The notes: generated from the sequence alone by a model not told the origin. A stretch of DNA of 63,359 nucleotides, filler included, from Octopus bimaculoides (GCF_001194135.2; 8 parts of 7 records of this genome joined end to end with filler, not necessarily neighbours in it), one strand, 5' to 3'; shown: positions 12,991 to 27,239, numbered from the whole stretch's first letter. Program-made: numbers and translations.

Positions 12991-14355
12991 TGTTTTTCTC
13001 TTTACTAATTGTTTTGGTGGGCAGCGCCAATTGGGAAGCACTCAGTCTTATTGTTAAAGGTGCGAAACTGAACAGTACCAATTAGTCGATAACGGATGAA
13101 GAATTATGGATCTTCTATTTGTCTCCCGTTCGTTTTTACATTCAGTTTACGTTACGTCATTTGTTTGTACATGTTTGATTTATCAAGTAATGGAACGCAA
13201 CACCGAATTTCTATTAACAAGTTTTTTATATACCCGTGTGACTCTCTCTCTCCCTCTCTCTCGCCTTCATTTTCCCCCTTTTCTTTCTCTCACCCTCTCA
13301 TTTGTATTTTAGCCTTTCTACTTACCTCTTCTCACTCTCCCTCTTGTGTTGTTAACCTTTCTCCTTCCCCTTCATCCCTTCCCTTTTTTCTCTGTCGGTC
13401 CCTCTGCCTGCTGTCTTTCTACTCTGCTTGCAACTGTCACGTGACCAGCAGCCAGTTGCTCTTTTTCTTCGTTTCTTAGATTGGCCCCTTAGCTGGCCAG
13501 TCGCAAATTCTCTGTTTCTCCGTTCTCCATCCTTTAAGACATTTGCTACACGTTACCCACTGTTCTCGTCTCCTTGACCTTAAGGCCGTATTTTGTTCGC
13601 CTGTACGTTCTCGTCCACCGTCCTAATCCACACTGTGTGTCGTTTTACTTGTTCTGTTTTGTTTTGTTTGATCTTGTCCTTTATTCTCCGCAACAAAAGA
13701 ATTTTTTGCGGGCGTCNNNNNNNNNNNNNNNNNNNNNNNNNNNNNNNNNNNNNNNNNNNNNNNNNNNNNNNNNNNNNNNNNNNNNNNNNNNNNNNNNNNN
13801 NNNNNNNNNNNNNNNNNNNNNNNNNNNNNNNNNNNNNNNNNNNNNNNNNNNNNNNNNNNNNNNNNNNNNNNNNNNNNNNNNNNNNNNNNNNNNNNNNNNN
13901 NNNNNNNNNNNNNNNNNNNNNNNNNNNNNNNNNNNNNNNNNNNNNNNNNNNNNNNNNNNNNNNNNNNNNNNNNNNNNNNNNNNNNNNNNNNNNNNNNNNN
14001 NNNNNNNNNNNNNNNNNNNNNNNNNNNNNNNNNNNNNNNNNNNNNNNNNNNNNNNNNNNNNNNNNNNNNNNNNNNNNNNNNNNNNNNNNNNNNNNNNNNN
14101 NNNNNNNNNNNNNNNNNNNNNNNNNNNNNNNNNNNNNNNNNNNNNNNNNNNNNNNNNNNNNNNNNNNNNNNNNNNNNNNNNNNNNNNNNNNNNNNNNNNN
14201 NNNNNNNNNNNNNNNNNNNNNNNNNNNNNNNNNNNNNNNNNNNNNNNNNNNNNNNNNNNNNNNNNNNNNNNNNNNNNNNNNNNNNNNNNNNNNNNNNTTG
14301 TAATTAATAATAAATTCTCGTATATTCTATATTCCGTCTTTCATTTCAAGCACAC

Positions 14356-14403
<48 letters not shown>

Positions 14404-15122
14404 GAAGTGTAAATACGCACGCACACACACACGTATGTACGTGTGCACGTGTGTGTGTATATAACTTTATACATACGTAATATCACATTATTAGTGTTGT
14501 CCAATTTCTTTATACACAACCCGAGTCTTGTTCCAGCGTATACTTTGGTCTACATTTTGAGAAGATACCGTTATACGTAAATAGCGCGTTGTGACTGAGT
14601 GTGCGTCTGTCTAACAGTTCATATGCATGTATGCCTGGACTATATACGTATATGCGTGGATTTGGTGGCTGTTTCAGTGTACGTTTATACACGGATGTAT
14701 AAGGAATAATGATTTCCAATGATTTCCTTGATGTTATTAATGAATGTCTAATACCGTATTGGCTCCAAGCCAAAGTTTATCTGATCAGTTTGACGATGAA
14801 ATCACCGTTATCATTGATATATCTTCGCCGATTCCTCTCATACCAAACTTCTATTTCCCTATTCATCCATACATGCATATACATACATATATATATATGT
14901 ATATATATATATATATNNNNNNNNNNNNNNNNNNNNNNNNNNNNNNNNNNNNNNNNNNNNTTAATTAATTAANNNNNNNNNNNNNNNNNNNNNNNNNNNN
15001 NNNNNNNNNNNNNNNNGAGAGAGAGAGGGAGCATGAGTGAGAAAGACAGAGAGAAAGATGCATATATACATACATCCATGTATACAAACATACTTGCATA
15101 CATTTATGATATATATATATTA

Positions 15123-15161
<39 letters not shown>

Positions 15162-15557
15162 GAAGCGGTTTTAAAATTTTGTAAGCGGCAGCATAATTAA
15201 GAAGCAATTTGAGCAACAAACAAGATGTTGTCGGTTTAATTGCTGTTGTTCTTATTTGTATTGTTGTCTAGTCTACAGATCATCCATACGTCAAGAGATC
15301 CATGATGATGACAGTCAATTTCACTAGGGACGTTCCAATATATTCCATGACGGCAGAGAATAATTTGAGGGCGATCTATCAACTATTTTTTCGCAAACTG
15401 AGCGACCGTACAAACTTCTCTTCGACTGAACTCTGGTTTCGTAACTAGAGATTGAGATTACTGTCATATACGACTCCCTCTAACATTATAATCCATTGAA
15501 ATATGTTACTTGCGACAAAGTCGCGCTACCTAATATGGTAACTAAACTGCATTGTGT

Positions 15558-15605
<48 letters not shown>

Positions 15606-15870
15606 GGTCATATGAAACACGTTACTTGTATTAATGTCACACAAACCTGATAGGTTAACTAAACTATACCCAGATGTTATGTTATATCATAGAGATTATA
15701 ACACGGCCACAACAAATAATATTAATATTTTCTCTGATATTAAGTTTTCTGCGAGCCTCCTGTCAGAGGGAACCGGTTCAAACGAATAAATGACTTTAAT
15801 ATCACACAGTGCTGTTATTAAGCAATAACTGTGAATTTAATAAAGACATTACTAACACCAACGGCATTGT

Positions 15871-15911
15871 CGCTGCTGCTGCTACTACTGCTACTGCTGA
15901 TACTACTACTG

Positions 15912-15963
<52 letters not shown>
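15871..15963 (+). repeat. (CTG)/(CTA)n compound microsatellite
   Basis: Direct reading of the sequence. Confidence 0.9.
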
Positions 15964-15964
<1 letters not shown>

Positions 15965-16349
15965 GTGTGTACGTCCTGTGTGTAGTGAAGTTATAGACAT
16001 ATTGATTCTCACTCAGTCAAGAAGTTCTTGCATAAAGATTTATTTATTTATTTACTTATTTCGTCAGAGAAAGTAACCATATGATCTTTGCGGGTTGCTT
16101 GTGACTTGTGAGATCGATATAACTTATGTAATTCGTTTAACTGACAGTGATATACTATGGATTTGAAGTGAATTTTGTTTCAAAGACTAGGGACATGTTA
16201 TGTGTAAGATCTGGCTGGAGAAAGATACAGTTGACGTTGACGAATGGAATTGAGATGAGGGTGCCTCATGTAGTATCAAGTGGCGTAGCTAGAAAATAAG
16301 GTGCAGAGGTATAGAGGAATTTATAACTATAAACGTAGCAGCTACAAAT

Positions 16350-16598
16350 CAGTGGTTCTCAACTGGGGCCCGTGTGGCCCTTGTGGGTCCATATAAGATT
16401 TTGTTGTTAAAATTTATCTGAAATAAATTGGTTATGCTTCTACAATTCAAAAATATTTGGACAATTTTGTTTTATACAAATCGTTGTAATATTCAGTTAT
16501 AATTTAATTATTTAAACATCGAATGGCGATGAAGGTCCATCCGAGTAAAACTGAAATCAAAAGTGTCCATAGGTAAAAAAAATGGTTGAGAATCACTG
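16350..16598. mobile_element. hAT (Charlie-type) MITE, 249 bp
   Basis: 14-bp terminal inverted repeats CAGTGGTTCTCAAC / GTTGAGAATCACTG (1 mismatch) around an AT-rich interior. The 8-bp flanks (ctacaaat / cccatcag) do not match, so no TSD is recognisable. Confidence 0.75.
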
Positions 16599-16967
16599 CC
16601 CATCAGTCGGGTAACCTTGAGTGGCTTTTGTGTGGCTTATTCAGACGGTGTGAGCAGACGCTTTGTACCATTTCAAGGTCTCTGAGATTTGTTGAAGGAA
16701 GTAAGAAAATCCTTTTCAATGCGGATCTCTGACTCGTTCGAATGCTTGTAAGAGAGTGGACTCCTTAAAATCATCATCGAGGAACCAGGTGACTGTTTGA
16801 TGGTGGGGTTTAAGAGGCGACAAATTATATATACAATCAATATAGTCCATGGAACTCACAACGCAAAGACAGAGAACAAATACCCGCAAAGCACCCCAAC
16901 GGGCATTCTAACAATTGACACGCCCCTCATACACATACATGCAAACATACGCACGCATACACCTGGA

Positions 16968-17082
16968 ATGGACAGAAGCAACGTGAAATAAAGCATCAAA
17001 CGACGCAACATGCCGCCGAGAATCGAACTGACGACCTTACGATCGTAGTCGAAATACCCAAACCACAAAGCCACACACGTTC
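16968..17082 (-). mobile_element. SINE family C/D 5' fragment, degenerate
   Basis: gcaacgtgaaataaag...gaatcgaactgacgaccttacgatcgt...aaccacaaagccac is the reverse complement of the head seen at 59542 and 20864. Confidence 0.6.
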
Positions 17083-18954
17083 ATCATATATATATCTGTC
17101 TTGTTTTGGTCCATTTTTTTTCTTTCTTATTTTGTTGATCACATGTATGAAAGTTTTACACATCTGAGGTAACTTTTCTGTTTCGCTCGTTATTACTCTT
17201 GTCTCTTAAAACTTAATGATCATTTCTGTGTAATCAAGAGCATCGCCATGCCATTTGACAGTAAATACGTAGGCTTGCCTTTCCAACTCGCCTTTCCTTT
17301 GCTTCTCATTTTCATTTCAGCGAGTTATCATCTCGAGCAAGTTGCCATTTCGTGGTTTTGTCATTGTGAGTTTCAATTCATTCTGTTATATCATTTGTAG
17401 AAACTTCGTCATAAAGCTAGTTTAGCAACCTGAGCTATTGTTTTGATTTTATCACGGATTTCCAAGTTCTCCAAAATTAACGATTACGTTTTGTGAAACA
17501 CAGCTCATATTTTTCTTTGACATTTTGTTGAAAGCAAATTTTACAATTATGATGATATAACGTATCAAAACTATTAAATTATTTTTTGACTGCATAAAAC
17601 AAAGTTAAAACGCAGGAACGTTGTTCGATTTGCCCCCACGTTATTGTTTTACGTCAGCGATGAAATAATTAGAAAAACAATCTTCAAAAAATGAAGTTCC
17701 AATAGAAATGTTTGTGTTGGATTTCCATATAGTTGGGAGATTATATTTCGTTATATTTTCAGGTTTTCTTTTTCCTGAGCTATAAATGGGCAATGAGTTT
17801 GAGTACGCAGTCTGCACCTGTATTTCCAGCAGGTATTAAAGTTAGGCGATTTTGAAAACTTTTAATCTAAGCCAGTCATCAGCAAACTGCGGGACTTTCT
17901 GAATGATACTCTTAAAGAAAAGTTACAATTAAACATTTTCGAGGGGCGGCCCGCACCATGATGAGCGATGTCTCATGGAGCCCATTTCTCGAAAACGGTT
18001 TGTTCTAGACATTGATGTTACTTCTTGGAATTACTTGAAAAGAACGTTGTCTTCTCTTCATCGAAGATTCAGTAGGCATAATTTCCCTTTAATAATTTTC
18101 CATAATTTTTTTTCTAAGTTATGACGGGGGCGAGGATTAGGCCGGTTCATCATGGGTGCTGTCTATTATTTCAAGTAATTTTAACTTATGCAAATCTGCT
18201 CTCTTCTTATAGCTGACAAACAATTCTCTACTTGCACCAATAGTTTCTCTGCTGTATTTTTCATTGCAAAAGCTGGACAAAAATGTATATAAACATGGCA
18301 TCGCAACTTATGTACGCATGTTATAGTAAGAATCAGAGATATTTCATTTCTGTATTTGATCACTAATTTATGCTACTAACATCTTCTGCATTTGAGGAAT
18401 GATACTATCTTCTTTAGTGTTTGGCCAAGTAGATTCCATGAAGTATGCATTCTTGACTTTTATCAAATTCTTTCGTTTTCAAAATTGTACAGACAGTTGA
18501 AGAGTTCAGACAATATGACAGATGTTCTAGCGGTATTTGGGGCTTGATGTTATCTTAAAATTTCATATATTTGTTGTTCTAAAGTTGCGGGTCTTGTGAG
18601 ATTTTTCTTTCATGCTTCAGTCATTGTATCTTTTCTTTTGGCACGTTGAAATAACAAAGGGTGTCAAAAATTTTTAATGACAACACAAAGAAATTAACAG
18701 TAAAAAGGAAGTAGTCTATGCTACAGTGTCAAGTTAATTTCCTGCCAACAGAAACAGCGCTGAATTGAAGCAAGGGAATAGAGTGTTTCAACATGCATCA
18801 ACTTATTTTAATCCAAAACTCAACCGACAGGCATATCCATCCGACCCGAGAAGAGGAGCTCTGGTTTTTGTGACGAAATCTCAAAACGTCTTGTGACGAA
18901 ATCTCAAAACGTTCACTGAGTATTCTTTTTTCACCTAACGGCTGGAGGGAACTC

Positions 18955-19563
18955 AGTGGATATAGTTGATGGCCTGGCTGTCGAAAAAAGAGATCGTCAT
19001 GAGCTTCCAATCGAACTTACTTTGCGTGAACGTATTTGGTCTACGGGAGAGGCAACATGCTTTTATCGGGCTTTCTGTATCTCCATCATAACAATAAATC
19101 CATCATTCTTCACAGGTTACCAGATACTCTAGCACTCTTTCATTAGCGTCAATGAGCTCAACAATCACACTACAATCACAAACTTGTATTTCCTTCTGTT
19201 CGTCAAGGAGCGCCATGGGAACAAACTTTCAACAAATTTGGCGCATATTCAGGCCTTCATGCATAATTCTGTGTAAAGTTGCCACATCAACTCTAAACTT
19301 TGTGTTAATCGCCTTTCTAAACGCACGGCAATCTTGAACCAGAAAAATCGAGAATTTTCTCAACCAGTTGTGATATTCTGACGTCCCTCTCTATCCCATA
19401 ATTCTCATTAACTCTCACATCCTTCTACCGTTATTGAACCTCTTGCGCTAGCAGAAAACTGATGATCAGCTCATGCAAGTTAATCCAAAGGTAATTTAGA
19501 GCTTTTCATAATTTTCTGTAGTGATTTTGCCCAGTTTAACACAAAACTTTATCGTATAGCGAG
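18955..19563 (-). pseudogene. Mariner transposase remnant (N-terminal HTH to first catalytic region)
   Basis: Minus strand reads RYTIKFCVKLGKITTENYEKL*ITFGLTCMS*SSVFC*RKR..., then KFVP, LVTCEE*WIYCYD and KLMTISFFDS, with several stops. Confidence 0.8.
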
Positions 19564-19805
19564 CTTCCAAATTGTCTCCACGTCTGCAAACTAGTCGGCT
19601 GGGACGAGCAGTGTTTACTAGGGTGTGTTAAAAAAGATGTTGTAGCCGCTTCCATTAATCTGTGACACAAAGATGGCAGGTCAGCTTGTTATATGAACAG
19701 TAATAACATACTAAAATTACAATAACCTAGAACAGCTATAACTATCTCTCCTAACATCTCCAGACTACTGGAATGCTACTCCCGTATGTGTGTGTGATTG
19801 AGTGT

Positions 19806-19855
<50 letters not shown>

Positions 19856-20311
19856 GTATGGTAACGACCGGAAGAAAAAAAAGGTCAATAACGGGAACAG
19901 AATTTAATTTAATTCGATTAGTGGAAATCAAACTGACTAAGCCAGTCAAACACCATTGGCTAAAGATATAAGAATAATAGGCGCCTTTCTTCAGTCAAGC
20001 ATGGTTGACTAAGGACACAATCGACTACTACTCCTTATTGAAACTGACAGGTTTATTCGCTTTTAATATTGGCTGACCATATTAAATTTTGTGTGTGTCT
20101 GTGTGTCTATATGTTTGTGTGTGTGTATGTATGTATACGTATGTTTGTATTATATATACATATATATGTATAAATATATATGCAGAAGCATACACACACG
20201 CACAGGCGCAAACACGCATACACACAGATATGTAGATATATAATAAATAATTAGATAGACAGATAGATAAATACATTAAGCGATTCGGAGATAGTTAGAA
20301 AGATAAGATGT

Positions 20312-20344
<33 letters not shown>

Positions 20345-20576
20345 TTGATAAAAATTAATACACGCATAACGGGTGACTACAAACAAGTCAATATGAAACA
20401 TCTTTACTGATGTAGGTGATATATGTTTACTGGATGATGACTGCTGGAACAGCTTTCATATACAATCTGTCGCATCTTGTTGACCAAGGATTAAACAACT
20501 ACGACAATAACAAAGACAACATATCGCCGAATCAATGAAACGGTTCTTCCGAGACCTACAAGAAAATCAGTAACTA

Positions 20577-20864
20577 GCACGTCAACGGTTTACGACGACG
20601 AGGTTTCCAATCAAATGTACATCTTGCTCGTGTAATTAACGTGCAAGTAGCCGAGCACTCCAGAGACGAGGAAATTCAGCGTGACACAGAGTGCGATAAG
20701 GCTGGCCCTTCGAAATACAGGTACAATACATTTTTGCCAGCTGAGTGGACTGGAGCAACGTGAAATAAAATGTGTTGCTCAAGAAAACAACGCACCGCCG
20801 TGTATCGAACTCACAGCCTAACGATCTTGAGTCGAATATTCTCACCCCGTTGCCACGCGCCTTC
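20577..20864 (-). mobile_element. tRNA-derived SINE, family D
   Basis: Head and core (cacgttgctccagtccactcagctggcaaaaatg on minus) shared with 59542; tail shared with 12631 and 60203. Confidence 0.85.
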
Positions 20865-22670
20865 GTTAAGAAAAGAAGTAGGTTATTGATCGCAATCCAA
20901 AAACTACGATTTTCTGTTTTAAAAAATGGAGTTGGCAATATTGCGGATAATATAGTCCTAGATACACTAAAGATGAACAAAATACGGCATTGCAACTACT
21001 TCAAACTCATATGATCACAGGTTTCCTCATTCAGGTTGTCTAGTACAACAGCAGCAATGGTGTCTTTACATCAATTCTGTTGTATCGAATGTATCTGTTT
21101 GATTCAGTTGAAATTATGTAAAAGATTATAACATTGATACAGTGTGGCATAGCGCTTAATAAGCTTCAGATTTTAAATTACTTTATCGATGTATTTAATG
21201 CTAATCGTATGATATTTGATCTTCTTTATTACTCTAATTACATAGCAGATGCATTTACATATTTGAGTGACGATACTTATTTGTTGAATTCACATTCAGA
21301 AAGAGAGAAATGTCAATAGTAATTACTCCCCGACATTAAGAACAACGAGGAATGAAAAGAGATAAATTATGAGGTTGTATGAGGAAAAGTTTTAGTTTTA
21401 CACATTTCTCAATGAAACATACGATGGGGATGTTGTGGAAAATCTGCTGCTGCTGCCGCTACCAAGAACACGACTGCTAAATTAGAAAATGTAATAAAGT
21501 GAGGAACGCCAACTGGGTGTTCGTTAGTGGTATCTCCATTCTTGATATTTTCATATACTGTTTCATAATTGAACCATAATTATATTACACATGTGTGCTC
21601 CCATACATGTATCTGCATATGTCTGTACTGGTATGTGTATGATGAATGGTTTCCTAAATATACAGGAAAAGAGTAGAGGGGCGGATACATAAACGAAGAG
21701 GTAGATAAAGATGTAAATATTTATATATAGATAGATATATGGTTTTATAAACCGACGTAGTGTTAGAAACAAAACACTGTTACGCACATACGTACGTATA
21801 TACATATATATGTGTATGTAGTGCCTATCTTGGTATATGTACGCATATCTATATGTATATATATATACATATATGTGTGTTTGTGTGTGTGTATATATGT
21901 ATGTACGTATCTGTGTGTATGTATAAATATATGAGTTTGTGTGTATGTGCATGATGTATGAATACATATACATGCCCATAAAAACACTGATGAAATATAT
22001 GAGAAAAGTGAAAGACACTTTTAATAAAAGTGGAGGGTATTAGATAATTATGCGAGAAATATCTACATATACAACGTAAAACATCTGTAAATCAGTGAAG
22101 CATTTATTTCTTGGAAATATATATATATATTATTTAACATAATATAACATATACAATCTACAGTGATGGAATTCCTTTCATGGAATGAAGAAAATAAAAA
22201 CATTGGCACTATTTAGCGGTCACAAGTACCCTCTGTGATCGTAGATAATATCGAAGCATTTTGCAACCACATTCTTTAACTCCTATCAAACACAGAGTCC
22301 CCGAAACTAGTATGCTTCTCAAGGTATGGCAGAGATATTCCTGGCCACTAACATGGTGCTCAATACCAAACTAAACGTGTTCTTGTAATTTGTGAAACGT
22401 GTGTACCCTAATACGGAGAGAAGGTCGATATTATTAGCGCAGGGACACATTTCGGGCAACTGAAGACTCTGACTACTTGTACTCGTCTTTGCTTCACAGT
22501 AGAATACTCATCATGTACATATACTCCATCTCCTCTTGGAGAGAGTGAGAATATTGTTCTGGAAAACATTTTTGAAAATTAAAATGGGGATTAAATGAAA
22601 AAATGAGTTACGGGAATATCTCCACAAGTGTGATTGAAATGAATGGTGATATGTATATATGTATATATAT

Positions 22671-22899
22671 CGGTGAGCTGGCAGAAACGTTAACACACCA
22701 GGTGAAATGCTTAGCAGTATTTCGTCTGCTGCTACGTTCTGAGTTCAAATTCCGCCGAGGTCAACTTTGCCTTTCATCCTTTCGGGGTCGATTAAATAAG
22801 TACCAGTTAGGCACTGGGGTCGATATAATCGACTTAATCCGTTTGTCTGTCCTTGTTTGTCCCCTCTATGTTTAGCTCCTTGTGGGCAGTAAAGAAATG
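22671..22899 (+). mobile_element. SINE family A with alternative tail
   Basis: cggtgagctggcagaaacgtta...ttctgagttcaaattccgccgagg...gcctttcatcctttcggggtcgat; the tail gacttaatccgtttgtctgtcc...aaagaaat differs from the other A copies. Confidence 0.9.
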
Positions 22900-22914
22900 A
22901 TATACATGTATATA

Positions 22915-22957
<43 letters not shown>

Positions 22958-23712
22958 GGAGAGAGTGAGAGAGAGAGAGACATCAGTGACAGAAATGGTA
23001 TTCACGAAATTCTCTATTCAAATCCGCTAGAATTGTTTCGACTCATCCTGCATTTGTACCTTAGAGGTGAGATGTGGCTTCACAGGTGCAGGTTGCGTCT
23101 TCTCAAGTGACATTTAAAACAAACACCTCGCTATTTCACTGCCCTCTCGTTCTTCATCTTCTCCTAGATCTCATTACACTTTCTCTGCAAGAAGACATTC
23201 TTATCATGTAAGTAGGGTCTTTATCATATTTTCATCTTCATTGATGAAATCCCTCTACATGAAGATGCAATTGCATAACTCTGGATTCTAGTTACTCCAA
23301 TTTTCTTCAATTTATGGAATCAAAAGTTCATGATGAAGAGGAAAGGAGAAGAAGGATGGTGGGTCAGAGATTTTGACGATGGGGTTCGAATATTTTACTC
23401 AGTTTTGTTCCATTTCAGATCACTATCCGCATTTATTTTAATGTATATATTAAAGTTACCAATGATAATGTTCTTAAATGTATGTGNNNNNNNNNNNNNN
23501 NNNNNNNNNNNNNNNNNNNNNNNNNNNNNNNNNNNNNNNNNNNNNNNNNNNNNNNNNNNNNNNNNNNNNNNNNNNNNNNNNNNNNNNNNNNNNNNNNNNN
23601 NNNNNNNNNNNNNNNNNNNNNNNNNNNNNNNNNNNNNNNNNNNNNNNNNNNNNNNNNNNNNNNNNNNNNNNNNNNNNNNNNNNNNNNNNNNNNNNNNNNN
23701 NNNAAATGCACG

Positions 23713-23744
<32 letters not shown>

Positions 23745-24347
23745 CACACACACTCATACATACATATATATGCATATACATATACATGTGTGAATATATA
23801 TGTGTGCATGTTTGTGTGTACAGTCTCAGTTGTATAGGTTTTTCGCTGGTCAAATGAGTCATTTCAGCTACAAATAGCAGCCAATGTACAACATCTATTT
23901 GATCTTAGTTATTTTCGTGATTTTCTTTCTTGCTCGCCAGCACAATTATTGGAGATATTGTATCTTTAGAACATCGAATCTGTTGTTGTAAGTCATATCA
24001 TATTGGTTCCATTTACTGGTTCATTCTCTACAGAGAGAAAATTATTGAAATTCATTTTCAGTTATAGACATGACTCCATGGGGACCTGGTTAAACTTACG
24101 GTGACCTAGTATCGAAGAAACATCATATACTAATATTTATCCAAAGGATGATTTTTCCAATAAATTTAGCTACCGAAGCAATGATTAACGGGCCAACCAA
24201 TACATTGATTTAATTCTCCTTGTTCGCGATAAATATATTTCTCTCTTATTTCAATTCTGTCTTTATTCCTTTTTCACCCCTCACAGTTATTGCATAGATT
24301 TGTGCCCGTATTTTCTCTAACATACGTCCTAAAAGGAGAGGAAATCC

Positions 24348-24485
24348 GTTGCCTAGTGGTTAGGAAACGGAGCACTCAATTAGAAGACCATGTTTGATAC
24401 CCTGTAAGAGAATCATATCATACATTCGGGCAAGGCACTTTATTCCATGTTACTCCACTTCAATTAGATAATAAAAATGCGTATT
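24348..24485 (+). mobile_element. Degenerate SINE head and core related to family C/D
   Basis: gcctagtggttagg A-box-like motif and gggcaaggcactttattccatgttactccac, similar to the core at 59620-59670. Confidence 0.4.
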
Positions 24486-26499
24486 GAGGCTGACACGGCG
24501 CCTGGGAAACATCAAGTTGGTAGCAGCGTTAACGAGTCGTTAGTGCAACTAAAATCACTCAGGCACAAAGAAGGATATGTCTATATATTATCTTTACTTT
24601 CATTTACTCCCTAAACTGTGAGATCATATTCTCTGTTTATCTACATCAGAACTAAAAGCATGATTGTTCTATTATGCGCAGAAGGCCCACAATTTTTCTG
24701 AGAGAGAAAACCAATAACATTGATTCCAGTGCTCAACTACTATTTTTCTATCTACATCAAATGAAAGACCTCAATGCTATTTGAACTTAGGTTGTAAGGC
24801 CGGATGAAATATCGCTAAGTATTTTGTCCAGTGTGCTAACCATTCTGCTAACTCACATACACATGCAATCAAGGACTAAGTTCATAGAAGAATACGAAAT
24901 GGTTCTAGTCCCTAGAAGTTTCGTACTGACTCTCAGTTATCTAGATAATACGGTTAAAGATAAAATATTATTTCTACTTATGTATTTCATGATATATCTC
25001 ACAGATATTCTGAATTTTATCATCTTTGATATTCTTATAGTCTTAGGGGGCTTCACAGCTTTCGAAACACAGCCTCGTTGAGCTTTCCCAGAGGAAGTTA
25101 ATCAAGTCCCGACTTGCATCTCAGGAGCGACAAGCCACTGGCCTGCTATGTGTGTCTATGGCTTTCTAGTAACATTCTCTGCAGTTTCAGTGATGGAACA
25201 CATGCTCTCCCACTCTCTTTTCCTTTCAATTATAACTGGAGGCTCAGACAGAGTTTTGCAGTGTAATCATCCTCATAAGACCACTGCAACTTCGCAGAAA
25301 TAGAAATTTTTGAAGTGATTAAAAATAATTCGTAGCCAGTGCACAACCTTTACATCAATAAGTCGATTCAGTATTGTATTTACATGGTTTTTACGAGTTA
25401 TGTGTCATAGTTCCACATATCTATCAATAGTGTTGTATAAGCTGGAGAGTTCAGTATTTGCAATCTGAACATTTTTAGCCATGATTTTCTTCACTCATCT
25501 TTAATCTATCATATGGATGTTCATAACTTGCTTATGTTATTACTATATTTCATAAGTAAATTCCGCCATATTATCCGATATGACTACGAGAATATTTCCA
25601 TTATAGAAACATCTACGTAAAATATTCTATGAATTTATGTAACATCTTGAAAAATATAGTGCAAAATTATTGTTTTTTTTTCCCATAAATTTTTTATAAG
25701 GTTTTTCTTCAAAGTTTGTGAAAATGTATGGTATATTAACTAGGGTGTTAAATAGATGATTATAAGGTAGTTTCAATTTCCCTGGAGATTTTACAAATTC
25801 TTTATCTAAACATCTACTCATAAAATCTGTTCTTAAATTTTTATCAAGTTATCTTGAATTCTGACAATCTCCAGATGTATCCTCTGAAGTCTAAACCTGC
25901 TGAAAGGATATGTATGCTATCGTTTGATATAACGGTGGTTATGAAAGTACTAGTGGCTGTGAAATGTGGTAGTACCGGTGGTGGTCGTGGTTTGAGTGGC
26001 GCTTGTAATGGTAATGGTGATACTTAACCTAAGCTTAATTCTGATCAAGCAGACCAACGATGAAAATCATTTAACTTGTATCCACTGTAAGGATAGTGAG
26101 GACGAGATTACGCATTACTTTCTTTATGTAAATACGATTATGCAGCGTGCGATTTAAGTGATATTCGACTGCTATTTCTACATGTCTGACCGACCACGCA
26201 CACAATCACTCGTTGCCTTCTTTATGATTTTTAATTTGGCACCAGTTTAATTCTAATGAATCAGATATAGAATCAAAAGTATTTCAACTTTGACAATCCT
26301 TCCTTTTTATTCATCACGTTCATCGGAAGAATACGCTATCCAGTATATCCCTATGGTTTTTTTTATGATGGTAGAATATGATATGAGGGAACCTAGGATA
26401 CTAGGTCTAGCACATCGTAAAACCACAGCAGGTTATTCAGTCATTCCATGTTCACAAGTAGAGTGTAAGTCTCGATCTATTATTTATTGTAGTTCTCGA

Positions 26500-26710
26500 G
26501 GTGGCAGAATCGTTAGCACGCCGGGCGAAATGCTTAACGGTATTTCGTCTGTCTTTACGTTCTGAGTTCGAATTCCGCCGAGGTCGACTTTGCCTGTCAT
26601 CCATTCGGAGTAGATAAATTAAGTACCAGTTGCGTTCTGGGGTCGATATAATCGATTGCCCCCCACCTCTCCCCATAAATTTCGGGCCTTGTGCCTAGAG
26701 TAGAAAAGAT
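26500..26710 (+). mobile_element. SINE family A, 5'-truncated, with 21-bp TSD
   Basis: Family A body and tail; flanked by attatttattgtagttctcga (26479-26499) and attatttatagtaattctcga (26709-26729). Confidence 0.9.
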
Positions 26711-26750
26711 TATTTATAGTAATTCTCGATATATTATTTAAGATTTACAA

Positions 26751-26966
26751 AGCGGTGAGCTGGCAGAATCGTTAGCATGCTGGGTGAAATGCTCAGCAGT
26801 ATCTCGTCTATAGCTATGTTCTGAGTTCGAATTCCGTCGACTTTGCCTTTCATCCTTTCGGGGTCGATGAAATAATTACCAGTTACGCACTAGAGTCGAT
26901 ATGATCGACTAACCCCTTACCCCCAAAATTTTCAAGGCCTTATGCCTAGAGTAGAAATAATTATTT
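26751..26966 (+). mobile_element. SINE family A
   Basis: Full head gcggtgagctggcagaatcgttagc through tail gcctagagtagaaataattattt. Confidence 0.9.
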
Positions 26967-27239
26967 ATGATTTACGCCCAAATATATTTAATCATATTTT
27001 TATTTTCATCATGAATGCCCAAATTATCTGCGAAAATAAATGCCTCTTTTCACGATTAGCCTACTTCTTTCTGGATTTTCTGTATACGGTGTAGTTTTAA
27101 ATTATACAAATACATCATACACAGAAAAATATGTTTATATATGGGACCATACATTACTAGGTAGAAGACTCTTCCACGTGTTCATAAGCTTTGCTAGAAG
27201 ACGCAGTCAAATTTCCTTTCAATAACATATTGCAGATTA

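Noticed and set aside
17300-17560. Possible pogo/Tigger C-terminal remnant on minus (YDEVSTNDITE*IETHND)
   Set aside because: Short, low-information similarity only.
23150-23215. Possible 40-nt plus-strand exon (ttctcctag...gtaagt); similar isolated splice-like signals near 8650-8710 and 49640
   Set aside because: Such signals occur by chance; no recognisable peptide or partner exons.
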